Origin: Oopsacas minuta
Taxonomy: Eukaryota > Animalia > Porifera
Length of the DNA stretch: 64,000 nucleotides
NCBI GenBank assembly: GCA_024704765.1
Contig: JAKMXF010000111.1
Span: forward strand, 1,070,619-1,134,618
Reading direction: 5' to 3'
Shown: positions 61,892 to 64,000 of the stretch, piece by piece
Position numbering within the stretch: position 1 is the stretch's first letter
Layout: the number at the start of each line of letters is the position of its first letter
Position numbers and translations under genes: made by a program
Notes under the pieces: model-generated
Told to the model about the DNA's origin: nothing
The model's input: the letters and a program-made list of their open reading frames with translations, nothing else
Databases searched by the model: none

Positions 61892-61899
61892 TGACGTCA
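61892..61899. promoter_or_regulatory. CRE/ATF palindrome upstream of HECTD1
   Basis: Perfect TGACGTCA about 330 bp upstream of the HECTD1 ATG. It is a single short motif, so function is unproven. Confidence 0.25.
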
Positions 61900-62093
61900 T
61901 TAGTGTACACTAAAATATTTGCTCCAATACATTACAGGGATAGTAATGAAATGAATTTATTAAAGTTGTTCAAATTAAGATAATACAAATTAATAGAATG
62001 AAACCTGCCAGAATTACAGTACGTAATAACAAAGTGAGATTGATACAGATAAATATTACAGATATTTGGTACGAACAAGCAGGGATAATCTGA

Positions 62094-63107
62094 CTACACC
62101 AGCTTATCAGTCATCTGAATAAAGAGAGGAACACCTAACCCTGTGACAGGATCCCAGCCCTCTCTGGCAGAGAATGCTGTCCCGAAACAACCTGTATTAT
62201 GTCCTACTCGTATATCTCTGAATACATCAGAGTGTTTGTAGAGGAGGGGATTAAGGAATCCGAACTGTTTAGTACCTTTCATAACACGCTTGTCATTAAG
62301 AAGTGAGAATATGCCTGCAATAGTAACCGTAGCAGCACTTGTACTGAACACTCTGTATTCCCAATCTCCATTTACTCTCACTACAAAGTTATCCCCGAGT
62401 GCTGACACGTCTGGGAATCCTCTCCCTCTGGAATTGAAGTAATCCTCATTAGGAAGAGTCCCATGCTTCAGATAGCGAGATACAGCATCTTGTTGGTAAG
62501 AGGGCGATCTGAACCGGTCAGAGAATCCACCTATTATAATAATAAAACATATACAGTGGAGTCTCCGAATAACGAACATGTTAGGGACATGGAATCTGTC
62601 TGTTGTAGGGGGTTGTCCGCTCCTCGGAGTGTCCGTTTTGGAAGATTCCACTGTATTTCTTATTAATTAGGCTATAATAAGATACTCACCTCCACTAATA
62701 TAGAATGCTCTTTCAGTATGTTGTTGTATCTGTGTAGCTCCAACAGAAGTGACGTATGGGCTAGAAGCAGGGAAGTAAGGAGAAAACTTACTTCTCTGAC
62801 AACCAGCTCCGTAATCTCCACTAGTCATGATTAAGGATACTCCACGCAATCCCATCTACAATTCGAGATCATATCATATATGCAATATAATGTTAATATT
62901 ATTACTAATCTACCTTCATGAATTCCTGGTTTATTCTATCCAAATACTCCTCAGAGAATAGAGCCTCCTGCTCTGAGTATCCACACGAGAAGAGGAGAGG
63001 GAGGTCTTTGTTATCCATACTGCTAGCGTTAACTATCCAGGATAGAAATGGTTCTATATTGTGCCATTTTCCTTCAGTTAACCACACCCAAGTAGGGATA
63101 TTGTTAC
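62094..63107 (-). CDS. TPP1: Tripeptidyl-peptidase 1 / sedolisin (S53), last three exons; 5' part beyond window
   Basis: MGLRGVSLIMTSGDYGAG, FPASSPYVTSVGAT, SGGGFSD, GRGFPDVSA, STSAA, FGFLNPLLY and GWDPVTGLG. Confidence 0.88.
62554..62653. mobile_element. 100-bp pogo-type MITE in a TPP1 intron
   Basis: TA|CAGTGGAGTCTCCGAA ... TTGGAAGATTCCACTG|TA. Confidence 0.75.
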
Positions 63108-63601
63108 CTGAAATAAAATTATAATTTAGGTCCTAGGAAATCGTAGCTTGGCTATAGGAGACGGTCAGGTTGGTCAGGTTTCAACCAGATCAACATTTGG
63201 TGGAATCTTTCAGCATTTTAATGTCAGAATTATTACATTTCACTATATGATTCGTGGGAAATGAAATCTAGTACTTATATACCAATGCAAGAATATTGTG
63301 TGACTAGTTTTCAAAAGATAAATCTTTCTCCATACGTGTTCCCTAATTAACTAAATATTCAATTATTGTCTTCAATTACGTAATTAGAATATAAAACTAT
63401 TGGAATAAAACTCAACGATACATAGCCGTAAATAATGTAAACCAAATGTGGTAGACTACAGGAGGGGGTTGAGATGAAAAGTTCCAATAAATTAATTTGT
63501 AACATAGAAATTTGATATAAATAACCTACAGAGCCTACAATTAGTCCCTAAACTCTATGTTACAATATTCTATAAATTGGCAAATAACTTGAGAATCCAA
63601 A

Positions 63602-64000
63602 ATGAGCAAATCCAAAGGAACATGTTTTTCCGATTACTACTCAGATGCTAAACAAGTAAGACAGTACGTAAATGAAAGAATTGAAACTTTGAAACAACTT
63701 TTAGATGAAAGGAGACTGCAGTTAAACATTGAATTAGACAATATTGAGTTAGAAAAAATTCAAAACGATGAGAAGAATAAAGAGTTAACTAAAAAGTGTA
63801 TTGAATATGAGAGTCTCACTATAACAATATTTGGGAAAGAAGACGGCAAATTAGCATCTATCAAATCTAAGATAACTACACTTGAAAAGGAAATGTTACG
63901 GAAAAAGATATTCCTACAATGGAAGGATGATACACTAGTGAATAATTTTGAATGTTTGGGAGTTGTTGCATACGAATCCAATGACATCTACGTAACTGTT
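63602..64000 (+). CDS. 5' part of an open ORF (coiled-coil N-terminus), antisense within a TPP1 intron; runs off the window
   Basis: ATG 63602 MSKSKGTCF...VNERIETLKQLLDERRLQL...IFLQWKDD... with no stop to 64000. It is absent from the ORF track because it is unterminated. Confidence 0.65.
   Translation, partial: MSKSKGTCFSDYYSDAKQVRQYVNERIETLKQLLDERRLQLNIELDNIELEKIQNDEKNKELTKKCIEYESLTITIFGKEDGKLASIKSKITTLEKEMLRKKIFLQWKDDTLVNNFECLGVVAYESNDIYVTV

Noticed and set aside
61960-62093. Hydrophobic reading after the TPP1 stop as a possible transmembrane extension
   Set aside because: It is in a different frame and AT-rich DNA is hydrophobic-coding by default; no readthrough or frameshift signal.
196-63987. 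Most short or antisense ORFs in the supplied track (e.g. 196-627, 16973-17341, 23451-23672, 26570-26881, 28599-28993, 49593-49922, 54743-55220)
   Set aside because: They are shadow frames of real genes, or exon-plus-intron read-throughs with no independent motif.
1-64000. tRNA, rRNA, spliceosomal snRNA or SL RNA genes
   Set aside because: No recognisable conserved sequence was found by eye; a covariance-model search would be needed to exclude them.

Overview
AT-rich, very gene-dense eukaryotic (animal-type) DNA with short introns. The compactness and nested genes resemble what is described for glass sponges, but the taxon is only an inference. I could reconstruct about 20 protein-coding genes by hand: ERAL1, ABCD4 (5' part only), ERG28, FHIT, SDHD, two related orphan helical genes, OTUB-like, SRM, SLC25A11-like, two tandem Gq-like G-alpha genes, EBP2, CCDC89, a degenerate Rab-like gene, a Fos/ATF-type bZIP, a 27-kb HECTD1, SNX24-like, an mTERF-like gene, SHOC1, the 3' part of TPP1, and an open ORF at the right edge. 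There is also one near full-length degenerate Tc1 element and several MITE/TIR families. The dominant pattern is gene nesting. HECTD1 carries three intronless genes in its introns, one on the same strand. SDHD sits in the last FHIT intron, ERAL1 apparently in an ABCD4 intron, and the right-edge ORF in a TPP1 intron. Several genes have almost no room for a promoter and show AG acceptors just upstream of the ATG, suggesting polycistronic transcription resolved by trans-splicing. Other highlights are a U12-type intron in FHIT, a probable pseudo-GTPase Rab, a recent G-alpha duplication with clustered charge changes, and an orphan gene enclosed by ~410-bp inverted repeats. Family assignments are from recalled motifs, not database searches, and some internal exon boundaries are approximate.
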